NCBI GenBank assembly: GCA_945878555.1
Contig: CAMDWI010000010.1
Coordinates: 6,559 to 70,558 of the forward strand
Origin: Klebsiella pneumoniae
GTDB taxonomy: Bacteria > Pseudomonadota > Gammaproteobacteria > Eutrophobiales > Eutrophobiaceae
DNA: 64,000 nucleotides
Direction: 5' to 3'
Shown piece by piece: positions 37,290-47,291 of the stretch (position 1 is its first letter; each line of letters opens with the position of its first letter). Below the pieces are notes generated by a model. The model made no database searches, was not told the origin of the DNA, and worked only from the letters and a program-made list of their open reading frames with translations. The position numbers and the translations under genes are program-made.

Positions 37290-39905
37290 CTAGTTGTAGT
37301 TATATCTCAGCTGGATTCCGTAAGTCCGGAAAGAGTTCGAACTGATGGTTTCGTAAAGTATCGGATCCGGTAACAAATCAAATTCCGGGTAGTATTTGAT
37401 TCTTGGTTCGAGCAGGTTACGTCCGTATATGGACAGTTCCCAGGTATCATCCAGGTCAGCGATGCCCAGGCTGAGGTTCAGGTCGGAATGGGTCGGCATG
37501 CGGACAATCTGATCGAAGCTTTCGATATTGGTTACATAGCCGTCTGAATACTTGAACCGCCCGTTAAAGGTCATCTTGTAGCTGTCCAGGATCGGCCACC
37601 AGTAATCTGCGCCGATGGTGAACACCCATTCTGGCAGGCGTGGCAGTCTCTCTCCGGTACGGTCGATGGTATTTTCCAGGTCGTCATTTCCAACCAACGC
37701 AATCGACTCAGCAGCGCTGATACAAGGCCCACTATCGGCATTCACGGATTCAAAGGTGGTACAGCCCGCGTTGCTAAAGCTTCGCATCTTTCCGTCATAG
37801 ATGGCACCGTTAAAGCTCAGTGTCAGGCGGTCGGTAGCGGCAGCTAACAGGTCTGCCTCAAGGCCCTGTACCCGCAATTTGCCAGCGTTGACAGTCTGAC
37901 TGGCTACACCTGTATTGGTGACTACAGCGAGAGGCAGGGTAGTACCGATTTGCAGATTGTCGACGGTGGTACTGGAGGCCGAGACACCACCACGGGCGCG
38001 GCCGTCCCAGAAGGTTCCGCGTGCGCCAACCTCATACATGGTTGTCTTTTCCGGACCGAATACAAAGTTTTCCGGTTGCGGTGTACTCTTCAGTTCGACC
38101 TCGAACCCACCAGCCTTAAATGCTTCGGCATATTTGGCATACAGCGAAACATCTTCCATCGGGCGATAACGCAGTACAACCTGGGGATCGAAGAAGGTGC
38201 CGTCGTTCGTCGCGTCATTACGTGCGACACCGTCGGCTGGTGCATTGCGTTCCGGTGTCATCCCGATCGGGGTAGCGCCGACAAACCGTGAGTAGTTCGG
38301 GGTGGCAGTCAGACTGCGGAAGCGGTTATGAGTGGTCTCATTCGGTATGACAAATGGAGTTCCCGGTGCAAGTGGGTCGTCAAAGATCCACTCCTGAACG
38401 AACTGGATCTGTCCGCCGTGTTTTTTAACATCGGAGTAACGACCACCCAGGTCCAGTGACATCTTGTCATCAAAGAAGTTGAACGTTAGTGCCGCGAAGC
38501 CGCTGAGCCACTCTGCATCCTCGAATCCGACCGGATTACGTGCGGGCCTACGTACATTCGAACGCAGACCGATGGTCTTCAGGTCGAGGTCGTTGTTGTG
38601 ATAGTAGGCACCAATCATCCATTCGATCATGCCCCCGGTCGGCGAGCTGAGCTTCACTTCCTGACTCCACTGATCCAGAAATTCGGAACGGAAGGTGTAG
38701 TTCGACAGGAAGTATTGACCGCTGTTGTCTTCAGAGTTTTTGCGGACATAGCGGCTATAACCGGTTGTGGAACTCAGTTCTATATCGTTTGCGAAGGTGT
38801 ATCTCAAGTCGAGATAGCTGTCCCACGGGCTCAAATCGTCATGGGCCTCGATACTATCCGGACCCTGTGAACCCCAGGGCGAAGTGCGCATGTAGTCGGG
38901 AAGGAATCCGGACAGGTCGATGCTGGTCCTGTCTGAAGAGTTCAGGAAGACGAGCCCGTCGACTGCCGGATTCAGATATTCGAGAGACGGACGGATACCC
39001 CATTCGCCGAATTCTGCCGGTATCGGCTGGAAGTTTGCATTACTTAGCCCCGTTATTAACGTATGTCTTGCATAGCGTTCGGTTGGGATAGGATTCATAT
39101 CAGAGCCGATGCTGCGCGCGACCGCATTACCCTCTCCCTGGGTCTGCTTGTTGGCCATCTGGAATTTGGCAGTAGCCTGAAAATTTTCCGCTGGTGTCCA
39201 TTGAAGTATCGCCCGTCCCATGAATACCTGATATTTCGGGAAGGTATCGCCGGTAAGGATGTCTTTCATATAACCTGAGGATCGATCATATTTTCCGGCC
39301 ACGCGTATTCCCAGGGTATCGCTGATAGGGCCACCGACACCAAACTCAACAGCATTCTTGTCCTGGTTACCTGCTTCAGCACGTAGATTGCCTTCCCATG
39401 TAGAGGTAGGCTTACGCGTAGTAATACTGAATGCGCCGGCATTCGCGTTCTGTCCGAAATAGATCGGTTGGGGGCCGCGCAGGATTTCCACCCGCTCAGC
39501 GTCCAGAAATGCAGCCAGTATTTGTCCTGACCTTCCAAAGTGGATGCCATCAACAAAGGTAGGTGCAGACTGTTCCAGGGCCTGGTTGTTTCCAGCAGTA
39601 CCCACGCCGCGAATTGTGATATTAATTCTGTCTTGTCCCGCATCAATCGTGGCGCCAGGTGAAAACTGGGTAAGGTCTACCATGTCCCGGAAACCCTGTT
39701 TATCAATTTCAGCGCCGGTGAATGCCTCGATGGATATTGGCACTTCCTGAAGTGATTGTTCACGACGCTGGGCCGTTACGACAATTTCTTCCAGTGCCTG
39801 AGCCTGAACCTGAACCGATGGCACCGAGATAATTGCGCAGATGGCAGCGCCAATAATGGAACAGAATCTTGAACTGGATGGCTTTAGAAGCTTAGCCATA
39901 GACAT
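37290..39905 (-). CDS. TonB-dependent outer-membrane receptor (paralog of 14727-17450)
   Basis: 871 aa with a signal peptide. The plug-domain N-terminus is ALEEIVVTAQRREQSLQEVPISIEAFTG and the C-terminus ends ...RYNYN. Confidence 0.9.
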   Translation of the reverse strand: MSMAKLLKPSSSRFCSIIGAAICAIISVPSVQVQAQALEEIVVTAQRREQSLQEVPISIEAFTGAEIDKQGFRDMVDLTQFSPGATIDAGQDRINITIRGVGTAGNNQALEQSAPTFVDGIHFGRSGQILAAFLDAERVEILRGPQPIYFGQNANAGAFSITTRKPTSTWEGNLRAEAGNQDKNAVEFGVGGPISDTLGIRVAGKYDRSSGYMKDILTGDTFPKYQVFMGRAILQWTPAENFQATAKFQMANKQTQGEGNAVARSIGSDMNPIPTERYARHTLITGLSNANFQPIPAEFGEWGIRPSLEYLNPAVDGLVFLNSSDRTSIDLSGFLPDYMRTSPWGSQGPDSIEAHDDLSPWDSYLDLRYTFANDIELSSTTGYSRYVRKNSEDNSGQYFLSNYTFRSEFLDQWSQEVKLSSPTGGMIEWMIGAYYHNNDLDLKTIGLRSNVRRPARNPVGFEDAEWLSGFAALTFNFFDDKMSLDLGGRYSDVKKHGGQIQFVQEWIFDDPLAPGTPFVIPNETTHNRFRSLTATPNYSRFVGATPIGMTPERNAPADGVARNDATNDGTFFDPQVVLRYRPMEDVSLYAKYAEAFKAGGFEVELKSTPQPENFVFGPEKTTMYEVGARGTFWDGRARGGVSASSTTVDNLQIGTTLPLAVVTNTGVASQTVNAGKLRVQGLEADLLAAATDRLTLSFNGAIYDGKMRSFSNAGCTTFESVNADSGPCISAAESIALVGNDDLENTIDRTGERLPRLPEWVFTIGADYWWPILDSYKMTFNGRFKYSDGYVTNIESFDQIVRMPTHSDLNLSLGIADLDDTWELSIYGRNLLEPRIKYYPEFDLLPDPILYETISSNSFRTYGIQLRYNYN

Positions 39906-40087
39906 ACCCCCTTTTGATTTGTTAAATAGGCAACAGTGTTGTTAGTACAACATAAATTACAATAATACAACTGTCAATGCGAATACAAAAGCCCCCCGGA
40001 GGTAAATTCCCCCGTTATTCCTTATTAACTCAAGGAATCTGGATAACGTATTAGCACTACGGGGGAGCTTGTGTCGTTCAGTGGCGT

Positions 40088-41590
40088 TTATACCTGACCC
40101 AGAGCGGCGGTAGAAGGGAATACCAGTGATTTGATTACAACGGGTACGGCACCGGAGGTCGCTATCATCGCACCGATGTCGATAAAATCGAATTCCTTCA
40201 GTCTGATACCATCAATCGACACGACAGGGTTTTGCAGGTCACAGTCTGAGTGGCAATGCAGGCCTATCAAGCCGCCCACATCGCCTTCATTGACCAGTAC
40301 CAGAGGTGTGTCGGCAGAGAGCACCGCTGACATACCCTTGATCACACCACGACAGAACGCATCCAGTCGCGCGTAGGTTGCGGAACCCTCCCACCGGAAA
40401 CAGACCGCCACAGTCCGGCTACTGTCTGTCAGTTCCGAGCGGACCAGCGCCTCTGATACCGCATGGGCAATATCATCTATGACCAGCGTCTCGGTCTGCA
40501 GCGGTAAATCCGGGATAATGACCGGCATATTACGCAATGGCAGGCTGGCACCGGCAGAAACATATATGGTGTTACCACTGACCTGGATGGTGTACTGCGA
40601 GGCACCGATAACCGTGGCTCGTATACCTTGGGCAGGTATGGCCAGCCTGGGTCCCCAGTTTTCTGCACGTTTTCTCACTGCAGCGGCAAGCAGCGGTCCG
40701 AGATCCCCGAAATGACCACTCTCTTTACCGTAGATATATTCTGACACTCCGCCAGAAAAGGTCATGATATCCGGTATGACACGCGTGTCTTTAAGCGGCG
40801 CCAGACGTAACAGCGCGCTTGCTGCCTCGTCCAGTGGCGCGGCCCCCATCGCCTGCATTACGCAATCTGCCATCCGTTCAACCAGTGTATTGAGCTGGTT
40901 CGGGTTCAGTTGTGTACCAATTTCAATGTCGATACCTGCCTCGCTGGCAAATCGTCGGCCTGCCTCTTCCAGCCGGTAGACCCGGCCGTTTTCATCCACA
41001 CAGATAATACGTGCACCGACATCAATAACAGTCATGTCTGCGATATGGCCGGCATGACAGACCGAAATCTTCGACGTTCCCCCGCCGATATCGACATTCA
41101 TGACCCTGACATTATCACTGCGGGACATATCAACCGCACCGGAGCCGTAGGCTACCAGCGTAGTCTCCAGCGCGTCACCGGCACTGACGGCAACAAACTT
41201 GCCTGCCTGATTGGCAAACAGTTCACCTATGGCGCGGGCATTACTGCGTCTGACCGCGACCCCTGTCAGTATCAATGCGCCGGTGTCAATCTGATCCGGT
41301 AACAGGCTGGCGAGCTGATACTGCTGGCTGATAAACCGCCCCAGCGCATCTGCGTCTATGGTCGTTTCATCAGAGTAGGGTGTCAGCAACACCTCGGATT
41401 CGAATTCGACTTCACGTTTTGACACCAGATACCGGTTCCCGAATCGTTCCATCGTAATCCGGGAAAAAATGATGTGTGAAGTCGAGGATCCGATATCGAC
41501 ACCAACACTGAGCAGTTCGATCTCGTTTTCCTGTTCCAGTGTGCGACCGGCATTTGTGAAAATGATGGTATCGGTTGAAATATCTGACAT
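40088..41590 (-). CDS. EutA-like ASKHA-superfamily protein (ethanolamine-utilisation reactivase family), orphan
   Basis: 500 aa. The N-terminus LLSVGVDIGSSTSHIIFSRITM and the internal block VMNVDIGGGTSKISV...GARIICVDENGRVY align with the E. coli EutA motifs (LLSVGIDIGTTTTQVIFSRLEL; LNIDIGGGTANYALF). I see no eutBC genes in the window. Confidence 0.6.
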   Translation of the reverse strand: MSDISTDTIIFTNAGRTLEQENEIELLSVGVDIGSSTSHIIFSRITMERFGNRYLVSKREVEFESEVLLTPYSDETTIDADALGRFISQQYQLASLLPDQIDTGALILTGVAVRRSNARAIGELFANQAGKFVAVSAGDALETTLVAYGSGAVDMSRSDNVRVMNVDIGGGTSKISVCHAGHIADMTVIDVGARIICVDENGRVYRLEEAGRRFASEAGIDIEIGTQLNPNQLNTLVERMADCVMQAMGAAPLDEAASALLRLAPLKDTRVIPDIMTFSGGVSEYIYGKESGHFGDLGPLLAAAVRKRAENWGPRLAIPAQGIRATVIGASQYTIQVSGNTIYVSAGASLPLRNMPVIIPDLPLQTETLVIDDIAHAVSEALVRSELTDSSRTVAVCFRWEGSATYARLDAFCRGVIKGMSAVLSADTPLVLVNEGDVGGLIGLHCHSDCDLQNPVVSIDGIRLKEFDFIDIGAMIATSGAVPVVIKSLVFPSTAALGQV

Positions 41591-41674
41591 AGGGATGGTG
41601 GTTATTCGCTGGTGGTAGTTGGAAAAATCCCGGGGACGTATCAGGAGACTGTCCCCGGGACATGCATAGACAAA

Positions 41675-42895
41675 TTATTTCTTGTAGACGTAGTCCTTGT
41701 ATTCTGGCGGAACGTCATACAGTGACTGGTCCATACGGGTGGTATCGCCCTCTTTCGCGAGGATACCTTCGTACTCCTTGCGCAGATACGGGTCTTCCAT
41801 CCAGTACGGGATGGCGGTACCGCCCTCTGGCAGTTCCATGCCGGTATAGTCCATGTGTTTCTCTCCGGGAGGACCCGGGTCACGGCCGGGATTGTGCGGG
41901 CCGAACCAGGCGGTCAGTCGTAACGGCTCCTTCGAGGCGCTGAAATGCTGGTGATACCAGCGGGCTCCGCCAGGTGCGGCGGTTACCATGCCACCGGGTA
42001 TATAATCTATGCGACGGACCTGATCGCCATTGCCGTCCTTCCAGGGGGTGGGTCCCAGATGTTCTGGCCAGGTATAGGTGTAACCCTTGCCTTTCAGACA
42101 GATCAGGATCGCGGCGGAGGTATGCGCATGCGCCTTTGAGTAGCGCCCACCTTCGTGCTGACCAATCCAGAAATAGAAGGAGTTGCGTGTCATGTGCGGT
42201 TCGATGCGGCGCCAGCCCGGTGAGCGGCGGTTATCCAGCGGCAGGTCGCAATTGATGGCGTCCGGGATAAAGTTGGTGCGACGCATGGCCAGTCCGCGTA
42301 CAGGGTCAGTTTCAACATCGGCCTTGTACTTGTAAAAATCGTCCTCGGTGCTGAAGCGGTCGGAAAATACGAACGGGTTATTGAACACCGCATCAATATT
42401 CTGCAAGGAATTAATTACTACCGGTGCGGTTGTGCCTGCCTGCATCAGCGCAGGTGTATTGGTAGCATTCACTATCCGGTGCCAGGCATTCATCGGAATC
42501 GAGAATAACGAGCCTTTCTGCCATTCAAAGATATGTTTTTTGCTTTCCAGGCCATCCAGCCACACCTCGGTTGACCCGCGACCTTCGACGACCAGATAGA
42601 TCTTCTCGAACATGTGGCGTTCCGGGTTCAGTGCGCCAGCGGCAGGAATTTCAACGGCATAACCGCCCCACTTGCCTTCGGTACCATATAACTGGATGTA
42701 GCAGCCCTTGCCACCCACCCGTTTCCAGGGTTTTAAAGGTAGTTCGCGTATATCGCGAATACCGAGCTCACGGAATACCGGGATGCCTTCGGATTCCATG
42801 AATGTATCGTAAGCCAACGGCAGTTTTTTGAACTTGCCGAATCCTGCCCGTTTGCCTTCGGTCGGTTCGACCCAGGGTTTATGCTCGTCTGACAT
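41675..42895 (-). CDS. Bicupin-family protein (paralog of 17742-18857)
   Basis: 406 aa with the cupin motifs SKAHAHTSAAILICLKGKG and RWYHQHFS. Its N-terminal 100 aa is collinear with 17742-18857 (..LVVEGRGSTEVWLDG vs ..MILSGRGSTTVWNDAG). Confidence 0.7.
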   Translation of the reverse strand: MSDEHKPWVEPTEGKRAGFGKFKKLPLAYDTFMESEGIPVFRELGIRDIRELPLKPWKRVGGKGCYIQLYGTEGKWGGYAVEIPAAGALNPERHMFEKIYLVVEGRGSTEVWLDGLESKKHIFEWQKGSLFSIPMNAWHRIVNATNTPALMQAGTTAPVVINSLQNIDAVFNNPFVFSDRFSTEDDFYKYKADVETDPVRGLAMRRTNFIPDAINCDLPLDNRRSPGWRRIEPHMTRNSFYFWIGQHEGGRYSKAHAHTSAAILICLKGKGYTYTWPEHLGPTPWKDGNGDQVRRIDYIPGGMVTAAPGGARWYHQHFSASKEPLRLTAWFGPHNPGRDPGPPGEKHMDYTGMELPEGGTAIPYWMEDPYLRKEYEGILAKEGDTTRMDQSLYDVPPEYKDYVYKK

Positions 42896-43161
42896 GAATT
42901 ACTCCATTTGAAGGTGACAAATTTAAACAGGGTTGGATGATACCTAGTAAGTGAGTTTATTTCCAGTTTACAGCGAAATCCGTTCAATCTTTCATTCAGC
43001 TCCTGATAAAAAAAGGCCTGACGCTACAGCCGGGTAAAAAAAGATGGTTACGACTTTATCACCTGGTCAGAGTGGAATCCTGGATTAATAATCCGGACAC
43101 CCAATCCGGAGACAACAAGCCTGATCCGTGCGAAATTCTTGCACAATGTTGATCTTAGTAA

Positions 43162-43189
43162 TTTATTGACACTCTTATTTTTTTATACT
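43162..43189 (+). promoter_or_regulatory. Possible promoter upstream of the small-protein/amidohydrolase pair (weak)
   Basis: An AT-rich block holds TTGACA (43166-43171) and TATACT (43184-43189), but the spacing is suboptimal (12 nt). Pairing the -10 with TTTATT at 43162 instead gives 16 nt. It sits ~80 nt upstream of 43270. Confidence 0.25.
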
Positions 43190-43269
43190 AGGTTAGCCCG
43201 CTGATAACGGGTTGATATTGTTGTCTGGTATAACCTGTATTTGCAGCGGTATTGAGGGGAACGAGAGTT

Positions 43270-43644
43270 ATGGGCAGGGTCATGTTTATGTTACAGATAA
43301 CAGTATTGTTGATACTGCTGTCTGGCGCCGCCAGTGCATCGGATGGTGATGTCGATTACTCCTCGCCTTACATCACTGTTGACCCCAAGACGGGTCAATT
43401 GATCACAGTAAACCCCGGGCCACGTCTAAAGACTCATTCAGCCGAGGACATGCCGGGGATGTCACAGATGGAGACGGAACAATCACCAGCCCAAACCAGT
43501 CCGGTTGCAAGTCAGCCTGTTGCAGACCAACCGGCAACAGCGACAGACCCTAAACAATCCGGCTTTATCGCCATTGTTGTGGTTGGACTGCTGGTTTTCG
43601 CAACTATGGCATACCGGCGATTAAGGCACCGTCAGCCGGGCTAA
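43270..43644 (+). CDS. Small secreted/anchored protein, amidohydrolase-associated family member C
   Basis: ORF 43252 (TTG)..43644. I prefer the ATG at 43270, which has GAGGGGA 9 nt upstream. Signal peptide MGRVMFMLQITVLLILLSGAASA, then ...SSPYITVDPKTGQLITVNP, a Pro/Gln/Ser/Thr/Ala-rich linker, the hydrophobic segment FIAIVVVGLLVFATMAY and an RRLRHRQPG tail. Confidence 0.65.
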   Translation: MGRVMFMLQITVLLILLSGAASASDGDVDYSSPYITVDPKTGQLITVNPGPRLKTHSAEDMPGMSQMETEQSPAQTSPVASQPVADQPATATDPKQSGFIAIVVVGLLVFATMAYRRLRHRQPG

Positions 43645-43717
43645 CCGAAACAGCCATTTTTTCCTGTACACAAGCAGAATTATTATTTCAGTTTAATTAT
43701 CAGGGGGTAGTCAGATT

Positions 43718-45934
43718 ATGAACAGATACAGATTTTTCCCGGCGATGCTAGCATCGACCTTACTGGCAGCGATGCTTGCACCGGTAGTACCGGCGCAGAC
43801 TACCGCGACCGTACCAAGTGAGCTCGTCAGTTATCCGGAGACGATTGTCGTCAACGGCAAGATATACACGATGGATAACAAGTCGGTCTTGTCGAATGAT
43901 CCAGGTACGGTAGTCGAGGCAATGGTCATCCGTGGTGGCAAGGTCTTCGCGACCGGGAACCGTGCCGACATGATGAAGTTTGCAGGTCCGCAGACCCGTG
44001 TTATTGACGTAAAGGGCAAGACAGTCATACCGGGCATCATCGAAACGCATGTACACCCCGAAAGTACGATGAATGCAGTCCGCCTGTTCGAGGCAGAACG
44101 GGATCAGTATTCATTACCGCCAGGTCTCCATACTGCGATCCTGTTGCCAAGTGACAATGCAGCGGATACCTACGCAGCCGTGGCCGAATTTATCAAGAAA
44201 TATCCACCGGAACCGGGCGAATGGGTCCACATCCGTCTGGTTGAAAATCCCGATACCAATTACCCTGATATAGGTGCTTTGACGAACGGTATTTATAATG
44301 ATTTTCTGACCTTGGGTGAATTCAGCAAGGCCATACCGAATAACCCGGCCACGCTGGCCAGTGGTACCACGCCAAGCGCGATTGAGCAGCCTGGTCTGGT
44401 TGTTCGGGTACGCCTGGCCGATGATGGCAAGGCGAAGATGGAGCCGTTGAGTGTACCGCAGGCGCTGAAAGAACTGACCAATCCTGCGGTCTATGCGGAC
44501 GCACAGGATCCGTTCCGTCAGTTGTTCAAGGAAAACGCCGACAAGGCACGTGAAGATTCCTATCACGCCCACCTTGCACAGGGTTGCGGATATTCTGAAC
44601 TGTACCCGCACCATATGCAGCATTGCAGTCACAGAAATATCCTCCTGAATCAGAAGGGTCTGGACAAGACGCTGGAGTCCTGGCCGGGCTTCAAGGTTGC
44701 AGCGAATGACATGACCGGCCTTAGCAAGTTAGGCAAGGAAGGTGACAGAGGTATTGTGGGTGGAGTATTCCAGGAAAGTGGTGCCTGGGAGCGGGTGATC
44801 AATCCGCCAAGGATGCCAAGGCAGTTGACCATGGACCTGCTCGAAGGTGCGCTGAAAATGTACACCAGTGCCGGTGTGACCATGCTGGCGTCCAGCGTGG
44901 AATACGGCACAGCCATGACCGCTGTTTATGACCTGCTGCGCCGTGACAAGCGTCTGCCGGTCAGGTGGGGTTATGGGTTTGAAATGTTCAGAAGCCCGGT
45001 GATGTACCCGAACAATGCGCTGACAGTGGTCGAGATGGGTGCGCACCACGGCTCTATCGATACGAATGAATGGTTCTGGCCGATGGGTATCACCGACGGC
45101 GGTGTGGGTGACTCCCGTCAGGTGGCCTGTTTCGGCGATGATTTGCCCGGTCCCGAGATGTTAAAGAGCAGGGAGTTATGCTGGGAAGAAGACGCCTATC
45201 GTATCAAGAAGGTCCTGCAGCCAGCATTGATGACAGGCTGGCGTCCATTCAGTCTGCATTCATTTGGCAGCGAGGCGTTCAGAAAGCATGTGGCCTGGAT
45301 TGAAGAGGCCAGGGTAATGGGTCGTATGTCAATGGATGATATCCGTGCCTTACGTATTGGCTTTGCCCACGGTGGTGCTATCGGCAAGGTGCCCGAGGTT
45401 GTTGAGTTGATGAAGCGTTACAACCTGTATGTGCCTATCCAGCCGAATGACGTATCAGCCTCGCTGACCCAGGTGAAACGCTACGGACCGGAAGGCCTGG
45501 AGTTTCTGGCCCCGACCAAGACATTGCTTGAGGCCGGTGTACATATCGTCGGCGAGACCGAGTACAGTCATCCGCGCCCGGACATCTATTTCAATGCGCT
45601 GGACATGTTTGTAAATCGCCGTGTAAGACATGAAAGCATGCCGAAGGGTGAAGGCGAGATAGTGATGCCGGAAGAGGCTGTCAGCCGAGCAACCGCATTG
45701 CGCCTGTATACCAGCAAGGCAGCAGAGTGGCTGTTTGCCGAACATGTGGCCGGAACACTGGAGCCGGGCAAGTTTGCTGACTTTACCGTGCTGGAGCGCG
45801 ATTACTTTACGGTACCCGCAGATGAAATCCTGGACAACAAGGCCATCATGACACTCGTTGGTGATCAGATTATCTATCAGGATCCTGAATACAAGCCGGG
45901 AATTGCCACCGCGAATGCGACGGCGGCACAGTAA
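43718..45934 (+). CDS. Secreted metal-dependent amidohydrolase (Amidohydro_3-like), long form
   Basis: 738 aa. RBS GGGGG; signal peptide ..LAPVVPAQT. The HxH motif is VIPGIIETHVHPES and the C-terminal signature is GTLEPGKFADFTVLERD. Confidence 0.8.
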   Translation: MNRYRFFPAMLASTLLAAMLAPVVPAQTTATVPSELVSYPETIVVNGKIYTMDNKSVLSNDPGTVVEAMVIRGGKVFATGNRADMMKFAGPQTRVIDVKGKTVIPGIIETHVHPESTMNAVRLFEAERDQYSLPPGLHTAILLPSDNAADTYAAVAEFIKKYPPEPGEWVHIRLVENPDTNYPDIGALTNGIYNDFLTLGEFSKAIPNNPATLASGTTPSAIEQPGLVVRVRLADDGKAKMEPLSVPQALKELTNPAVYADAQDPFRQLFKENADKAREDSYHAHLAQGCGYSELYPHHMQHCSHRNILLNQKGLDKTLESWPGFKVAANDMTGLSKLGKEGDRGIVGGVFQESGAWERVINPPRMPRQLTMDLLEGALKMYTSAGVTMLASSVEYGTAMTAVYDLLRRDKRLPVRWGYGFEMFRSPVMYPNNALTVVEMGAHHGSIDTNEWFWPMGITDGGVGDSRQVACFGDDLPGPEMLKSRELCWEEDAYRIKKVLQPALMTGWRPFSLHSFGSEAFRKHVAWIEEARVMGRMSMDDIRALRIGFAHGGAIGKVPEVVELMKRYNLYVPIQPNDVSASLTQVKRYGPEGLEFLAPTKTLLEAGVHIVGETEYSHPRPDIYFNALDMFVNRRVRHESMPKGEGEIVMPEEAVSRATALRLYTSKAAEWLFAEHVAGTLEPGKFADFTVLERDYFTVPADEILDNKAIMTLVGDQIIYQDPEYKPGIATANATAAQ

Positions 45935-45990
45935 GTTCAGTATGGCAGCGTTCAGAGGTATCTGAACGCAGGTAGTAAACAGTAACATCA

Positions 45991-46044
45991 GCCCGCCTGT
46001 GCCGGACAGCAGTTAACTCCGGTGCAGGCGGGCAAATGTTTGTT
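45991..46044 (+). terminator. Possible terminator (GCCCGCCTG ... CAGGCGGGC with a large loop, then AAATGTTTGTT)
   Basis: Two 9-bp GC-rich arms 25 nt apart with an inner CCGG/CCGG pair; the weak T-run lowers my confidence. Confidence 0.3.
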
Positions 46045-46269
46045 AAGGGTGGGGAGCGTTGATGCTGTGGCCTGGAATTACATACCACAGCGTGTAGAGC
46101 TGACAGGCAGATGGCGATATAAATCCTGCTGTGATTCCGACCGTAATTTGTTGCCCCCTGTTGTTTCCCTGGATGAAAGTCGCTGATTGTCTGTGGTCGC
46201 CCCTTGGTGAGGGTGCATCAGGGTTTTACAGGCTAACGTAATAAAAATTTTTAACAGGAGATTGATCTG

Positions 46270-47289
46270 ATGTCGATGACGACTGAACAGCAGCCTGCTG
46301 CCGACCTGCCGAAGCTGGAGCAGGTGCATGACAGTATCGTTGCACTTGAGAATGAGGTCCGGAAACGTATTGTGGGTATGGACAAGGAGATGGATCAGAC
46401 CCTGATTTGTCTGTTTGCCGGTGGTCACATCCTGCTCGAAGGTGTACCTGGACTCGCCAAGACCCTGTTTTTCAAGACACTGGCCGAAGCGGCAGATGTC
46501 GAGTTTCGCCGTATTTCGTTTGCAGCAGATCTGTTACCCAAGGACATTATCGGAATCGAGCATTTTGATTTTGCCACCAAGAAGCTGGAGCTGGTGGTCA
46601 AGGGGCCGCTGCATACCAACTTCCTGTTAACGGATGAATTGAACCGTGCCCGTACCAGCTCAAAGGGTTCTGTACTGGAGCCGATGGAAGAAGGCCAGGT
46701 TACGACGGAGTTGGGGGGGACCTATAAACTGAAAGAACTGTTTATGGTAATCGCCACCCAGAATCCGGTGGAGGAAGAGGGTACCTTCGGCCTCGGCAGG
46801 GCAGAAAAGGACAGATTTCTGATGATGGTACCGCTCGGCTATCCCTCGCCGGAAGACGAGGAGACCATCATTACCCGCTACGGAGTTACGGGTGGTATGC
46901 CGGTTATCAAGCCGGTCATCCATGAAAAAGAAATACTGGCAGCACGCAAGGCCATCCGTTCCGGTGTGCATGTCGAGCCGTCAATCGTGCATAAAATCCA
47001 GCAGATCCTGAATGAGACCCGCCCGGAACGTACGGGGATAACCAGTATAAAACAGCTGGTTCAGCGTGGTGGTGGCGCGTCTCCCCGTGCTGGCCTCAGC
47101 ATGATCCAGGCAGCACGCGTCCATGCCGTATTGCAGGGTAATGCGTTTGTCCGACCGGATGATATTGCTGCCGTTGTATTACCGATATTGCGTCATCGTC
47201 TGGTCTTCAAGCCAGGTGAAGTTGAACTGGAAGAGACGGAAGTTCGCCTGCACGAAATTATTGATGAAATAATCAGCAAGGTGCTCTGA
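46270..47289 (+). CDS. MoxR-family AAA+ ATPase (second copy)
   Basis: RBS AGGAG. Walker A LEGVPGLAKT and Walker B LLTDELNRA. 339 aa; paralogous to 9088-10116. Confidence 0.85.
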   Translation: MSMTTEQQPAADLPKLEQVHDSIVALENEVRKRIVGMDKEMDQTLICLFAGGHILLEGVPGLAKTLFFKTLAEAADVEFRRISFAADLLPKDIIGIEHFDFATKKLELVVKGPLHTNFLLTDELNRARTSSKGSVLEPMEEGQVTTELGGTYKLKELFMVIATQNPVEEEGTFGLGRAEKDRFLMMVPLGYPSPEDEETIITRYGVTGGMPVIKPVIHEKEILAARKAIRSGVHVEPSIVHKIQQILNETRPERTGITSIKQLVQRGGGASPRAGLSMIQAARVHAVLQGNAFVRPDDIAAVVLPILRHRLVFKPGEVELEETEVRLHEIIDEIISKVL

Positions 47290-47291
47290 CC

